Of a DNA stretch of 64,000 nucleotides, positions 27,769 to 38,138 are shown piece by piece. The number at the start of each line of letters is the position of its first letter. Position 1 is the first letter of the stretch. The translations under genes and the position numbers were made by a program. Source of the stretch: a virus; UHGV virus genome UHGV-0020835; one strand, written 5' to 3'. A model generated the notes under the pieces. That model worked only from the letters and a program-made list of their open reading frames with translations. It ran no database searches and had not been told where the DNA came from.

Positions 27769-28177
27769 TTTTATTCATTACGGCCTTAACCGCCTCACTA
27801 TTCATAACTTGAGGTAACTGGGCAAGAAACTTAATTCCTACTCTAGAAAAAGATTCAGTAAAACCAATGGCCTCATAAACCTGATTTAAATTTACAATTG
27901 TGCTATTAACTTCATCAATGAGGCCACTGGTTAATAGTACGTCATGCCCAATTTGTTCTAACATCTCTTTATTGATATTTGTAGCATGAAACAAAACCAG
28001 CATATCAATATTGGTTTGTCGTTCAGCCCAATTATCATTTTCTTTGCTAATTTTAGTTATAGCATTGACAATCTGCTGAATCTGAGCATAAGTTAGATAT
28101 TGCCGAATATCAATACCATAAGTATTGCTATGAACTACCTTTTCCTTTAACTCTACCATTCCATTCATTCCTTTCAT
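27746..28177 (-). CDS. hypothetical protein (possible tail assembly chaperone)
   Basis: 143 aa. Ends in ...NKNVKSNKK across the A-run. Confidence 0.4.
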   Translation of the reverse strand: MKGMNGMVELKEKVVHSNTYGIDIRQYLTYAQIQQIVNAITKISKENDNWAERQTNIDMLVLFHATNINKEMLEQIGHDVLLTSGLIDEVNSTIVNLNQVYEAIGFTESFSRVGIKFLAQLPQVMNSEAVKAVMNKNVKSNKK

Positions 28178-28181
28178 TCAA

Positions 28182-28583
28182 TCAAAATTTAACATATCGC
28201 GAAGCATATAAGATACCCATTCCCAAAACAACTACAATCCAAGGGAAATTATGCTTTAAATAAGCCCAAATATCAAACTTACCAACCTCTTCCAGAGTTG
28301 TCACCTTAGACTCAACAGTGCTTAACTTATCAGCCGTAGCCTTATTGGCTTTTTCAAAGTCTGCTTTCATTTCTTTCATTTCTCTTGCTTGTTCGTCCAT
28401 TTTATCATTCAACTTAACCATGGACATCTGTACATCTTGCATAGTCTGGGTCAAAATTTCATTGCTTTTGACACTACGCTGAATTAAATCTTGAAGAAAT
28501 GGCCGTGTACTTTCAAGCCGAATGATTCTGTGGTCATGGTCATCTAATTTTGCGTAAATTTTACTGGTCTCGCCCTCTGCCAT
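28182..28583 (-). CDS. coiled-coil protein with C-terminal membrane anchor (XhlA/holin-like?)
   Basis: N-terminal coiled coil; C-terminus FPWIVVVLGMGILYASRYVKF. Confidence 0.35.
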   Translation of the reverse strand: MAEGETSKIYAKLDDHDHRIIRLESTRPFLQDLIQRSVKSNEILTQTMQDVQMSMVKLNDKMDEQAREMKEMKADFEKANKATADKLSTVESKVTTLEEVGKFDIWAYLKHNFPWIVVVLGMGILYASRYVKF

Positions 28584-28593
28584 TATCGCTCCC

Positions 28594-28890
28594 TCACTCT
28601 CTTAATTTATATTCGCCGGATTTCATTTTCCTAACACGGACATAAAGAGGTGTGTGGTCAAATGGATTTTTTACCTTAATGGTTATGTCATTATAATCAA
28701 TATATAGCCAACCCTTGCGCTCATCTCTCACTCTGCAATACCCTATTGGGGTATTTGCTTGTTGCTTGACCTTACAATCGTTAGGCATATTGGGTGAGGA
28801 CTTAAAACCCTTAATCTTGTCACAGTAATACATATAAGGGCATACAGATTGGGTCACTCTACATTGATTCCCACTTACATATTCACACAT
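28594..28890 (-). CDS. Cys-rich hypothetical protein
   Basis: 98 aa with eight Cys (CRVTQSVCPYMYYCDK...). Confidence 0.4.
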   Translation of the reverse strand: MCEYVSGNQCRVTQSVCPYMYYCDKIKGFKSSPNMPNDCKVKQQANTPIGYCRVRDERKGWLYIDYNDITIKVKNPFDHTPLYVRVRKMKSGEYKLRE

Positions 28891-28901
28891 TTCTTACTCC
28901 T

Positions 28902-28940
28902 TAAAAAATTGGGAGGGAAGGTTATTCACCAACCCTCCCA
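28902..28940 (-). terminator. rho-independent terminator after CDS 28955..30019
   Basis: Hairpin gggaggg...ccctccc followed by a T-run on the minus strand. Confidence 0.5.
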
Positions 28941-28954
28941 AAAGAAAGATTAAA

Positions 28955-30019
28955 TTAAGCAGTAACAGTTACAGTAGCATAGGCGGGGGGCACGTTAGAA
29001 GCGTTCTTCAGAGTAACTTCAATAACAGCCGCACCATCAACAGTGCCAGCAGATACAACACCTTCGGCGCTTACAGAAACACCAGTAGCAGTGGCCGTGG
29101 GGTCGTTCACCTTGGTAAAGTTAAAGTTGCTGTTGCCCTTGCGCTGAGAAGCCATACCTTTACCAAATACGGCACGAACGATTAGAGCCTCAGTGTTATT
29201 CTGATTCATATCAAGGTCAGCATTTTCAATGGCCAAAGCGATAACGTCATCCTGCCACTTAGCGCCAAAAATCTCTTCGGTCATAGTGCCATAATAGGGA
29301 TCTTCTTCACAAGTATTGCCATCAAGCACGGCAAGAGCCATACCAGTCAAGTTAATAGTTGCGGCAGAAGTAGCAGTTAGAGCAAGATTCTGTTTACCCT
29401 CAAGCTGAAACTGAGGGATATCAACAATCAGACGGCCATAACGAGTAGCATCAGTCTGAGAGCCAACTTTGCCGCTATACAAGTCGGTCATAACAACCAC
29501 GTGCAGAGTAGAGGGCACATACTGAGACTTAATGGTAATGCTTTTAGCGTTCTCGTTTTGATAGAAATACTTAACACAATAAACCTGACCATCAATAGCA
29601 CCAGCGACGGCCATGGTCTTACCAGTGATGGTGCCAACCTGCCAATCATCATCAGTGGGCTTCTTATACCAACCAATCATAGTGCCGTCAAAAGCAACGG
29701 GAGTCTCGGTGACAGTAACAGCACCAGTAGCAGCAGTTAGTTCCTCTTCCTTGACAGAAAGGCCCCCAGACTCAATATTTACGCCCAAAGATAGTGCCAT
29801 GTAATTTAGGTCAAACATTGCATCTGTGAGAGTCGCGGTTAGAGTAGAGTCGTGGAAATAACGACCAAGTAAACCATTACCCCGTCCACCACGAATATCC
29901 TCCGCAATAATAGCAAAGTCGAAGGTACTCTCCGTCAGAGTTTTGGCATAACCAATTAGGTCATCACCCTTAAACAGTAGAGCGGTGCCCACACCAGCCA
30001 GAAAATGATTCTGTGCCAT
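28955..30019 (-). CDS. putative major tail protein with C-terminal Ig-like domain
   Basis: 354 aa. Strong RBS, biased codon usage, terminator downstream. C-terminal T/V/A-rich Ig-like segment. Confidence 0.5.
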   Translation of the reverse strand: MAQNHFLAGVGTALLFKGDDLIGYAKTLTESTFDFAIIAEDIRGGRGNGLLGRYFHDSTLTATLTDAMFDLNYMALSLGVNIESGGLSVKEEELTAATGAVTVTETPVAFDGTMIGWYKKPTDDDWQVGTITGKTMAVAGAIDGQVYCVKYFYQNENAKSITIKSQYVPSTLHVVVMTDLYSGKVGSQTDATRYGRLIVDIPQFQLEGKQNLALTATSAATINLTGMALAVLDGNTCEEDPYYGTMTEEIFGAKWQDDVIALAIENADLDMNQNNTEALIVRAVFGKGMASQRKGNSNFNFTKVNDPTATATGVSVSAEGVVSAGTVDGAAVIEVTLKNASNVPPAYATVTVTA

Positions 30020-30032
30020 ATAGTTTTCCTCC

Positions 30033-30899
30033 TTATTTATTTACAAAGTTATTGTATTGTTGAGACAAAGCGTCTCCTTGTTCAGTATTTGAAGTAACCT
30101 TTATAGCGTTTACATCGCCGCCCATAGATTGAGCATAGCTGTCGGCATCCGTCATATAACCATCATATTTATCTTTCTTCTTCTTATAAATCCAATGGTC
30201 AATTTCATTGCCCTTACCAGCATACAACAAAATAGGCCGAGTTGTTTCAAACTCAACCTCGCCATAGACTTCTTCAAATAACAGACTGTGACTTCTATAA
30301 GTCATATTCATTTGTTCTTGCTTACTTATCCCACAATGAGCCGTAATAATAGCCATACGCCTCTCAATACTTGGGAGTTCAATACCAGCATTCTTTACAG
30401 CATCCACTTCATTCATCATCTGTTTTATCTCAGGATTGATATATTCATCATCATAATGAATTAAATTCTGATACATGATGATCCTACGAATATTTTCAAA
30501 ATCCTTAGACTTAATCTCAATATCACTGTCTTTATCTCTTAAAAAAGGCTTGTTGTTAACATCATAGCCAATTTCAATAGCTTCATTTTCTATGTGCAAA
30601 CAATATTTAAGAATATTCAAAAATTTGCTAATATTCATTTGCTCTTGAAACAGCACCTTATAAATAAAATCAAGATAAGACATCTGGATAATCTCAACTG
30701 AATCGGTGGAATTTTTATCAATGCTAATTACCGACAAACTTGATAAAAAAATTTCACTATTTTTTACAATAATAGGATAAATAAGTAATATTTTATCTTT
30801 TATTTTATATTCAACAGGCAAGTCAAAGTAAAAATATGCTTTGCGATATAGGTCTAAATTAAGATTCGCACCCATACTCCTCACCCGTATCTCCAACAT
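30033..30899 (-). CDS. hypothetical protein, compositionally distinct (very AT-rich, K/I/N-rich)
   Basis: 288 aa at ~28% GC versus ~40% for neighbours. Confidence 0.4.
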   Translation of the reverse strand: MLEIRVRSMGANLNLDLYRKAYFYFDLPVEYKIKDKILLIYPIIVKNSEIFLSSLSVISIDKNSTDSVEIIQMSYLDFIYKVLFQEQMNISKFLNILKYCLHIENEAIEIGYDVNNKPFLRDKDSDIEIKSKDFENIRRIIMYQNLIHYDDEYINPEIKQMMNEVDAVKNAGIELPSIERRMAIITAHCGISKQEQMNMTYRSHSLLFEEVYGEVEFETTRPILLYAGKGNEIDHWIYKKKKDKYDGYMTDADSYAQSMGGDVNAIKVTSNTEQGDALSQQYNNFVNK

Positions 30900-31431
30900 T
30901 AACAGCTAAGAAAAGCTGAACGCCAGTAAATGTTTTAGAATTGCCAATAGTGGCACGGCCTAACGCATATCTTGACATATCATCAAGAAACGTTAATTTA
31001 CCAACGCCACCAACCTCAGCGCCATTCAACACAGTCATTACCTTGTTAATAAACAAATCACCCCTGCTAACAGGAATTCCATTATATTCTACAAGGCTCA
31101 TTTGGCCTCCATACAAAAAGTCAAACGCATATACTACTGTGCTACTATATAGCTCTTTGGCATGAATATAATAATCATAGATTTTCAGCACACACTTGCT
31201 TTCACAAATAGCGTCCTCTACAAGTGGCGTAAAGAATACACCAAATTTCTCTTGAGGCCCATTTCGCCAAATCAACTCTAATTTTTGATCAAAAGTCAAA
31301 TTGGGCTTGGATAGGGCATCATAACTATTATATTCCAACAATTTCCACAAATCTTCAGCCGCATCTTGACGGGCAAGATAAACAAGTATATCATAGGGAA
31401 TATAAGGCAAAGCCGATAATGAGTTATACAT
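30859..31431 (-). CDS. hypothetical structural protein
   Basis: 190-aa ORF overlapping the downstream gene by 41 nt. Confidence 0.4.
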   Translation of the reverse strand: MYNSLSALPYIPYDILVYLARQDAAEDLWKLLEYNSYDALSKPNLTFDQKLELIWRNGPQEKFGVFFTPLVEDAICESKCVLKIYDYYIHAKELYSSTVVYAFDFLYGGQMSLVEYNGIPVSRGDLFINKVMTVLNGAEVGGVGKLTFLDDMSRYALGRATIGNSKTFTGVQLFLAVNVGDTGEEYGCES

Positions 31432-31442
31432 AACTTACCTCC

Positions 31443-32744
31443 TTATCCCATCATGCTTACAGCTTGAATATCAAACTTGGCCGTTTTGCTGATATTATAT
31501 GTTTTATCAACAATAGTGACATTCATTGTTAAGGGCACGGTGCTCCGCTTATTACAAGTCAACTGCCAGCCAGACGTTATTTTCTCGACAGTTAAATATT
31601 CACTATCTACATTTATTCTAACTGTATCGGGCTTAATTTCTACGCCACCAATGGACACCTTAACATCAAATTCAATAGTTTGATATTCTCTAATCTTATT
31701 AAAAGCCGGATCAAGATAAATTTCAGGCTCAACAACTAGTTCACCAACAGTAATCTTAATGCTGTCTGTAACGGCCTCGTTACCAGTCAACACAACGGCA
31801 ATATCCGCACTCTGACCAACTTCGCCAACCACAGTATAATTACCGTTCTGGTCAATCATAACAATTTCAGGATTACTAGTTTGCCAAATAACAGGCCTAT
31901 TAACCTCTTTGCCATTTAACACAACATCAACAGTCAGAGCGCCAGTAGAGCCAGCACTTAATGTCATGTCAGCGGAATTAATTTTGACCTTATAGTTATA
32001 GTCCCCGTTATAAGCCACGCCATTAACCAAATCATCGCCATCATGAATCTCGTCCAAATACAAATCAAGATACAGCAAAGTATCATAATCTATAGTTAAG
32101 TTAAGATTCAGGGCATTTTGATAGCCATATAGCTTAAAAGGTCGGCCTCCAAGAACATATCTTGTGTTGGTCTTGAATAACCGCAATGTATTAGCATTAC
32201 CTTGTACCATAACAGTAGCATGGTTATTTGGTGTTAAGACATATCTGGACACCTGTACAGAAGGGCTTGACATATCATAATCTACCACGCAAGGAGCACT
32301 AAATACAGAGCCATTCTCAGGGTCAACGATTTTTAGAACGTTGTTACATCTTCTTAACCCAGCATCTTGAGCAATGCCACTAAAATGGCCAAATTCATTG
32401 CAAATCCACCAAGAATTGTAAAACTGGTAATACAAGCCACGAGGAACCACATGGTCAATATCACGAAAATAAATCTTGAGAAAATCGCCCGAATCTCTCA
32501 TACCAGTGGTCACATCACCAACAGTTGTCTTAACCCATGCGTCAATAATTTTGTATTCATCAGACCCGATTTCGGCCTGTTCTTTGATTTCTCCACCATT
32601 CTCAGGCGTTTTTGCGGCATTATTAATCCAAGACTGGTTAATAAAAGATTGAGCCAAATCCCGGTAATAATCGTTTGGAGTGGCCCCGCCAATAGTACTA
32701 TACTCGATAGGCATGACGATAGCCCTCCTTTTCTTTCTCAACAA
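31443..32744 (-). CDS. structural protein with C-terminal Big_2-like Ig domain
   Basis: 433 aa. C-terminus ...LTVDVVLNGKEV..SNPEIVMIDQNGNYTVVGEVGQSADIAVVLTGNEAVTDSIKITV. Confidence 0.4.
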   Translation of the reverse strand: MLRKKRRAIVMPIEYSTIGGATPNDYYRDLAQSFINQSWINNAAKTPENGGEIKEQAEIGSDEYKIIDAWVKTTVGDVTTGMRDSGDFLKIYFRDIDHVVPRGLYYQFYNSWWICNEFGHFSGIAQDAGLRRCNNVLKIVDPENGSVFSAPCVVDYDMSSPSVQVSRYVLTPNNHATVMVQGNANTLRLFKTNTRYVLGGRPFKLYGYQNALNLNLTIDYDTLLYLDLYLDEIHDGDDLVNGVAYNGDYNYKVKINSADMTLSAGSTGALTVDVVLNGKEVNRPVIWQTSNPEIVMIDQNGNYTVVGEVGQSADIAVVLTGNEAVTDSIKITVGELVVEPEIYLDPAFNKIREYQTIEFDVKVSIGGVEIKPDTVRINVDSEYLTVEKITSGWQLTCNKRSTVPLTMNVTIVDKTYNISKTAKFDIQAVSMMG

Positions 32745-32982
32745 GCTTAATCATGTGCAAGACCACACGCCGAACATCCTCTTGTTTGGCCTCATCGCCT
32801 AAATGAATAAGCCCTTTGATTAAATCACAGATTTCTTCATTGCCCCGCCCAATATACTGAATATATACTCGGCTCAAATAAGACCGATAACACTGCAAAG
32901 CAAAATCATCTTTTTCACGAATAGTCGCTTCAAAAAGGGGCAAAATTTTATAAATTCCATCTACCCGTTTATTCTGACTCAT
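32698..32982 (-). CDS. hypothetical protein
   Basis: 94-aa ORF overlapping the start of the 433-aa gene. Confidence 0.35.
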   Translation of the reverse strand: MSQNKRVDGIYKILPLFEATIREKDDFALQCYRSYLSRVYIQYIGRGNEEICDLIKGLIHLGDEAKQEDVRRVVLHMIKLVEKEKEGYRHAYRV

Positions 32983-32994
32983 ACCCCCACCGCC

Positions 32995-33426
32995 TTAAAA
33001 GCCGTAAGAATCAAGGTCAAGTAGTAGGTACTCTTGTGTTGCCCTATCGACTTCTTCTCTTAGCTTATCAATGACATTTTGCTTTTCCTTAAAATTCTGA
33101 GATTCACTATTATAAGAATACTGATTCTTAATACCCAGCTTTAGCGCAATCTGCGCCGCATTATTGTTTTCTCTTTCCCACCAAGCAATCACCCAATAAC
33201 GAGAAAGAATATAAATCTCAAGATTAGTTAAATCAACACCGAACTCACGAGTTTCAACGTTATAGGTTAGATCTTGCCGACATTCAGTAAATTGAGGAAG
33301 GGCGTTAAAAAGTAGGCCGTCACAGAATTTTTGAAAATTATCATAACTGTTCTCAAACAATTTAGAAATCTTATAATCTTCAACAATACTGAGGGCCAAT
33401 GTTTCAATCTGATCGAAACTTGTCAA
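32995..33426 (-). CDS. hypothetical head-tail joining protein candidate
   Basis: 143 aa, downstream of the capsid gene. Confidence 0.35.
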   Translation of the reverse strand: MTSFDQIETLALSIVEDYKISKLFENSYDNFQKFCDGLLFNALPQFTECRQDLTYNVETREFGVDLTNLEIYILSRYWVIAWWERENNNAAQIALKLGIKNQYSYNSESQNFKEKQNVIDKLREEVDRATQEYLLLDLDSYGF

Positions 33427-33439
33427 CTAACATCACCCC

Positions 33440-34081
33440 TTATTCCTCTTCTTCAGGTGTAATGCTCATTAAATCCTTTCCACAGAGCTTACCAATCTCA
33501 ACAACGATATTGGCATCAATAGGTAGGCCATTTAGCTTACGGTTAACAACCATATCCACGATAATCTCTCTCTGTGCCATAGAAGCCTGTTTATAAATCT
33601 CACAAACATCATTGGCGTTCTGCTGAAGCAATTCCTTAAGTTGCTTATCGCTTAGAATTTCCTCATAAACGCCGCTCAGGTCATTCTTATTCACAAACTC
33701 CTTGTCTGCAATATACACCATACCACTTGCAATAGTGTTGGGCATATTAGACAGGATAGCTCTAGCCTCAGACTCAGGAATCATCTTATAGCCAAACTGC
33801 TTATCAATGTGATACATTCTGTTGCCCTTGAGGGTCAGACCACCCGGCACAAGGCTAATAAACTTAATACCACGAGCCGCCTTTTCTTCAATATTTACAG
33901 GATTGGTAGCGGCCTGAGCTTGCATCATGACCTTGATTTGGGCCATCAGATCGGACATCTGTTGTTCCTGTTCAGCAATCTTGGCCTTTAGAGCCTCATT
34001 TTCTTCAATAGCGGGATTGGTAACTTCAACAGTATCAACAACCTCTGCCTCTGCGGACTTGACTTTCTTAGTGTTAGCCAT
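33440..34081 (-). CDS. hypothetical protein (head-tail connector region)
   Basis: 213 aa with N-terminal coiled coil. Confidence 0.4.
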   Translation of the reverse strand: MANTKKVKSAEAEVVDTVEVTNPAIEENEALKAKIAEQEQQMSDLMAQIKVMMQAQAATNPVNIEEKAARGIKFISLVPGGLTLKGNRMYHIDKQFGYKMIPESEARAILSNMPNTIASGMVYIADKEFVNKNDLSGVYEEILSDKQLKELLQQNANDVCEIYKQASMAQREIIVDMVVNRKLNGLPIDANIVVEIGKLCGKDLMSITPEEEE

Positions 34082-34111
34082 TTTATTTAATCTCCATTCT
34101 TTCCATTTAAT

Positions 34112-34141
34112 TCAAAAAAGGGGCCATATTTCAGGCCCCTT
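34112..34141 (-). terminator. rho-independent terminator after major capsid gene
   Basis: Hairpin ggggcc..ggcccc followed by a T-run on the minus strand. Confidence 0.55.
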
Positions 34142-34156
34142 AATAAAAGTTAAAGA

Positions 34157-35254
34157 TTACTCAGTAATCTCATAGCGCCCAACATATGCGGCCCCCACGA
34201 ACTCGGCGGAGTAAGACTTACGAAGGGTGAAATTAGTGCTAATATCAGCGTTATCATAGAACTGATTGCTATTGGTTAGAGTGGTGCTCATAGCCATAAC
34301 AACAGGCTTAGCAACAGCGGCAGAAACAACATACAGGGTGTTGTCATTCAGAGCCATACCAAAGTCGGCAGAGCCAGTAGGAGCCTGAGGTAGCTCATAG
34401 ATGCCGAAACCATAGAAGTCCTTCACATAAGACACAACGGGGTCGCGGCCATCAATGACCAGACGACCACCTAGAGTGCTGTCGGGCAGAACATTCATTA
34501 GAGCGGCGGCAGTGCCCATAATAACAGGCTTAGCCATCATGTTATAAGCCTGAACACGCTGAGCAAGCTGAACCAGCTTCTTGCCATCAAATGCGCCAGT
34601 CTCCTTGAACTGAGTGGGATAAGTACCAGCGGCCAGGCCAGCGTTCAGAGAAGCGATAATCTCAGCGTTCATATCAAGCTCAATAGAGATGATGATAGCA
34701 CGAACAGCCTCAGCAAGGTCGTCCTTACCAGCCAGAACACGGGCCATATCAACATAAGTAGTGATGATATGCTCAACAGGGCTGATTTCAACGTTGCCAG
34801 CATACTTCTTCTGACGGAAGGAGGTACGCTCACCACGAGCGCCACGAGACACAGTATACAGAGTCTTGGGAGGAATCTTCAGGTTCACAACGTCGGCATA
34901 ACCAACAGTGCGGAAATCCACGAAGGGAGCAAAGGTGGCTTGAACATAAGCGGGCAGAACCACGTTGATAGTGGCATTAATCAGAGCAAAGTTGGCATAG
35001 CGCAGCATGGGATTGGCCAGAGCTACGTCCATGTTGTTCTTATCAATCTTCTGGCCAGAAATACGCTCAAGCTCAGTAAAATAAGCCTCACGAATCAGAG
35101 GGGCCTTCTCAGCAATAGTACGAGACTTATCATAAGAACCCATGTTCTGACCCCACTCTTCAGCGGCCTTATGATTATGATAGTCAGCGAAAGCAGTATA
35201 GAAAGTGGTATCGCCCTTGGCGAAAGCCACAACTTCATTAGGCATAACAGACAT
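34157..35254 (-). CDS. major capsid protein (HK97-fold candidate)
   Basis: 365 aa directly after the scaffold/decoration genes. Strong expression signals and terminator. Confidence 0.55.
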   Translation of the reverse strand: MSVMPNEVVAFAKGDTTFYTAFADYHNHKAAEEWGQNMGSYDKSRTIAEKAPLIREAYFTELERISGQKIDKNNMDVALANPMLRYANFALINATINVVLPAYVQATFAPFVDFRTVGYADVVNLKIPPKTLYTVSRGARGERTSFRQKKYAGNVEISPVEHIITTYVDMARVLAGKDDLAEAVRAIIISIELDMNAEIIASLNAGLAAGTYPTQFKETGAFDGKKLVQLAQRVQAYNMMAKPVIMGTAAALMNVLPDSTLGGRLVIDGRDPVVSYVKDFYGFGIYELPQAPTGSADFGMALNDNTLYVVSAAVAKPVVMAMSTTLTNSNQFYDNADISTNFTLRKSYSAEFVGAAYVGRYEITE

Positions 35255-35310
35255 ATTTATAATCTCCTTTATTATTTTATTTTAATCAGTTTGTTAGTTT
35301 ACTATTAAGA

Positions 35311-35802
35311 TTAGACTAGCTTCATTAGAACCCAAGTCTTGACAAACTCGCCGCCAATGTCCATGGTACGAGCGCCAAGAATCTGGAAATGAGCATTAGC
35401 CGCAGTAGAAGCAGCAGTTAGCTTACCAGTGGTCTGAACGTTTGCGTAGGTCTCGGTGGTAGGTTCAGCAGTGAAAGCACCAGCAGAAACCTCAATGCAA
35501 TCACCCTTGATTAAACGCTTAACAGAGATGGGCTTACCAGCCTCGTTGGTGAAATAACGGGGATCATCATAGACCTGAGCATCCACGTTGTAGCCCTGAG
35601 GAGGAGTGCCAGCAACGAGGTCGGGGTTAGCACCAGCAGTAACAGTAAACTCATAAGCGCCATCACCAGCGGGAGACATAGCACCCAGATTCAGGAAAGT
35701 GCCGTTATCAATATCGGTGGTGGCAATGCCGCACAGATTCAGAGAATCTACGTCCCAGTACGCACAATGAGTGCCATTTAGAATAATGTGGTTCTTAGCC
35801 AT
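35311..35802 (-). CDS. putative head decoration protein
   Basis: 163-aa beta-rich protein between scaffold and capsid genes (lambda D-like position). Confidence 0.35.
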   Translation of the reverse strand: MAKNHIILNGTHCAYWDVDSLNLCGIATTDIDNGTFLNLGAMSPAGDGAYEFTVTAGANPDLVAGTPPQGYNVDAQVYDDPRYFTNEAGKPISVKRLIKGDCIEVSAGAFTAEPTTETYANVQTTGKLTAASTAANAHFQILGARTMDIGGEFVKTWVLMKLV

Positions 35803-35828
35803 AATTAAATTTCTCCTTTATTATTTTA

Positions 35829-37397
35829 TTACTTGTTTTCAAGTTTTTCCCAAATACTATTGGGGTCAGAATGTTTGATGACCTTGGGCATAGCAAAACT
35901 AAATACACCCTTATCATCTTTCTTAATGTTTTTCTTTACTTCGCTAAAGCAAGTGGCCTTGACCTTGTTGCTCCAAGCATCAATATCATTTTCGCCACAA
36001 GATAGACCCTCGGCCTTAAAGTCTGCAAATTGCTCATCATTGATATAAGTACGAACTTCCTCCATAACGCTATCCACACGGCAAGCCATTTCCTTGGCAA
36101 CAACAGCAGCTTTATAAGCCCGTAGTTCTTCAAGCTCAGCGTCTTTGTCCATGATGATGTGGTCACGTTCCTCAACGCTCTTTTCAAGCTCGGCAATCTT
36201 GGCTATCATCTCGTCCTCAGACATTTTGGTGGGTTCCTCTTCAGGCTCGTCCTCGTCCTCATCGTCCTTGTCATCAGATTCATCATCCTCGACCTTTTCA
36301 GACTCAGCACACTCAACCTTTTCGCCCTCTACTATCTCAGCAGAAGTTTCGCCCATCTCAGCAGTTTCCTCTTTGGCTTCTTCAGGTTCAGAGGCCATAG
36401 TCTGTTCGGTCTCATTAAATTCAACCTTTTCGCTCATCTTTTCCTCCTTCCCCTCAGTATCGTCCAAGTTCAGTTTCTTATAAATCTTTTCAATTTTATT
36501 TACAACGGTAGTCTCGTTCTCTTTCTTAGCATAACCAAGAGCAGAGGCAAGGCCGTCCCGGTTGTATACAAAAGTGTCACCTTTAAGTTCCATAACTGGA
36601 TACTTTAGATGTTCAGAGGGAGCTTCTTCCCAACCATCTTCGACAAGCATATAGACAGCCTTAACAAGGGTAGCCTTGTTGCTGGCCTCCATAATCTTAT
36701 CTCTCATGGCCGTTTTATCCACTTCGCCCCATGCCTTTTCAGACATAGCCTCTTTGGATTTATCAATCTTATAAGTCTTAGCCATACTTTCAATACGCTC
36801 CTTGGCAAACTTTTTCAAGGGGGTGAGATTATGTTTAGTCATTTTGTTAAAATAAGCGTCTGCATCTTCTTGAGAAAATCGAACCATAGTCATCATTGCA
36901 TCTGGGCAACTGCCTTTTACACTTAACCCTAAACAAGTCAAACCATAAATATCAAAAGATTCAACCTCTCCTTCATCCGCATCGTCAACAACCTTGACCT
37001 TCATCTCAACTGAAGTATTCCGCAAATTCTGTAAATCGAAAATTTCATTAAATTCTTGGCCATATTGTTTACTAATTACACAATACGCCCAAGCTTTTAC
37101 AATCCCATCATCAGTATCTTCAAACTCAACATCTTGTTCTTTTGGGAAATAGCCATATACCACCTCTGAAGGCAAATGCGTACTGGCATCTCCATATTGC
37201 AGCTTTGCGACAAGAAAACTACCTAAAATTGTTTGTGCGTCTCGTTTGAGCACAGCAGGAGAAATGTCAAGATTGTGAGAATTTTTCGCGGAAGATAAGA
37301 AACACGCTTTAAAAACAGTAAACTTATCCTCATCGTAACCCTCAAGCCACTCAGGCAAAACTTCATCCATTTGAAAATTTACTTTCTTTTCCAACAT
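35829..37397 (-). CDS. scaffolding protein (possible protease-scaffold fusion)
   Basis: Very acidic low-complexity middle (EEAKEETAEM...DDESDDKDDEDEDEPEEE), coiled coil, between portal and capsid. Confidence 0.5.
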   Translation of the reverse strand: MLEKKVNFQMDEVLPEWLEGYDEDKFTVFKACFLSSAKNSHNLDISPAVLKRDAQTILGSFLVAKLQYGDASTHLPSEVVYGYFPKEQDVEFEDTDDGIVKAWAYCVISKQYGQEFNEIFDLQNLRNTSVEMKVKVVDDADEGEVESFDIYGLTCLGLSVKGSCPDAMMTMVRFSQEDADAYFNKMTKHNLTPLKKFAKERIESMAKTYKIDKSKEAMSEKAWGEVDKTAMRDKIMEASNKATLVKAVYMLVEDGWEEAPSEHLKYPVMELKGDTFVYNRDGLASALGYAKKENETTVVNKIEKIYKKLNLDDTEGKEEKMSEKVEFNETEQTMASEPEEAKEETAEMGETSAEIVEGEKVECAESEKVEDDESDDKDDEDEDEPEEEPTKMSEDEMIAKIAELEKSVEERDHIIMDKDAELEELRAYKAAVVAKEMACRVDSVMEEVRTYINDEQFADFKAEGLSCGENDIDAWSNKVKATCFSEVKKNIKKDDKGVFSFAMPKVIKHSDPNSIWEKLENK

Positions 37398-37425
37398 CTC
37401 ACCTCACTTCTTTATTAAGATTATA

Positions 37426-37605
37426 TCAAGACTCAGCAATGCCGAGTCTTTTTAACACCTTTTCAAGTCTGTTAGACTTCTTAAAATAAACGGCCCCATT
37501 ATCTATATAAGAGGGAGCAACACCGGCTTGATGAATAGCGAACGCCAAATCTTCATCAGCCATAAAATATTTACTCAGGTCGGATGGTGTATCTCTAATA
37601 ACCAT
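37426..37605 (-). CDS. small hypothetical ORF (59 aa, not in track)
   Basis: TAATG coupling to the upstream gene; RBS ggggag. Confidence 0.25.
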   Translation of the reverse strand: MVIRDTPSDLSKYFMADEDLAFAIHQAGVAPSYIDNGAVYFKKSNRLEKVLKRLGIAES

Positions 37606-38138
37606 TACTTATTCTCCCCAAGAATCCAAAAATCAGGAATATCATGGTCATAGGCAGGGCTATCACCATAAATATCAATCTTATCACTAAGCAATATCAC
37701 TTGCTCTACAATTTTATTCACATCTTCTAACAAATCAAGCAAATCTGCGTAAACATGAATATCATTATTATCAACGGCGATTTTGGCACAACCCATCATC
37801 ATAGACTGGAACTCAATATTAACTTTTTCAAGGTCTTTAATAATCTCGATTACAGAACTATAATCTTGGCCACCTTCAGGTGTTGCCGCATAGTAAACAG
37901 GGATATTGTAACGCTCTAAACATTTCTCGCCAATCAAATCAGACAAAGCAGGATAATAATGAGCAATACCATGATGTACCAAATCAGCAGTTTGATTATA
38001 TGCAAACTTAACGCCAAGAACACTAACCAATCTATCTAAGTGACGGTTCATCTTGAAGCACTCGCCAATAAGTTCTGTAACAGCGTTAATTGTATTTTGT
38101 GTCACTAACATATCTTTCACCTTCTTACTGGTCATCAT
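37605..38138 (-). CDS. hypothetical protein (minor head protein?)
   Basis: 177 aa downstream of portal. Confidence 0.4.
   Translation of the reverse strand: MMTSKKVKDMLVTQNTINAVTELIGECFKMNRHLDRLVSVLGVKFAYNQTADLVHHGIAHYYPALSDLIGEKCLERYNIPVYYAATPEGGQDYSSVIEIIKDLEKVNIEFQSMMMGCAKIAVDNNDIHVYADLLDLLEDVNKIVEQVILLSDKIDIYGDSPAYDHDIPDFWILGENK

Noticed and set aside
27223-28177. Definite G/GT -1 frameshift chaperone pair
   Set aside because: The downstream ORF is in the +1 frame and has its own ATG, and the slippery heptamer is not canonical.
36145-36926. Plus-strand ORFs (112, 149, 105 aa) antisense to the scaffold gene
   Set aside because: Low-complexity S/L/F-rich translations of the reverse strand of the acidic repeat region are a typical artefact.
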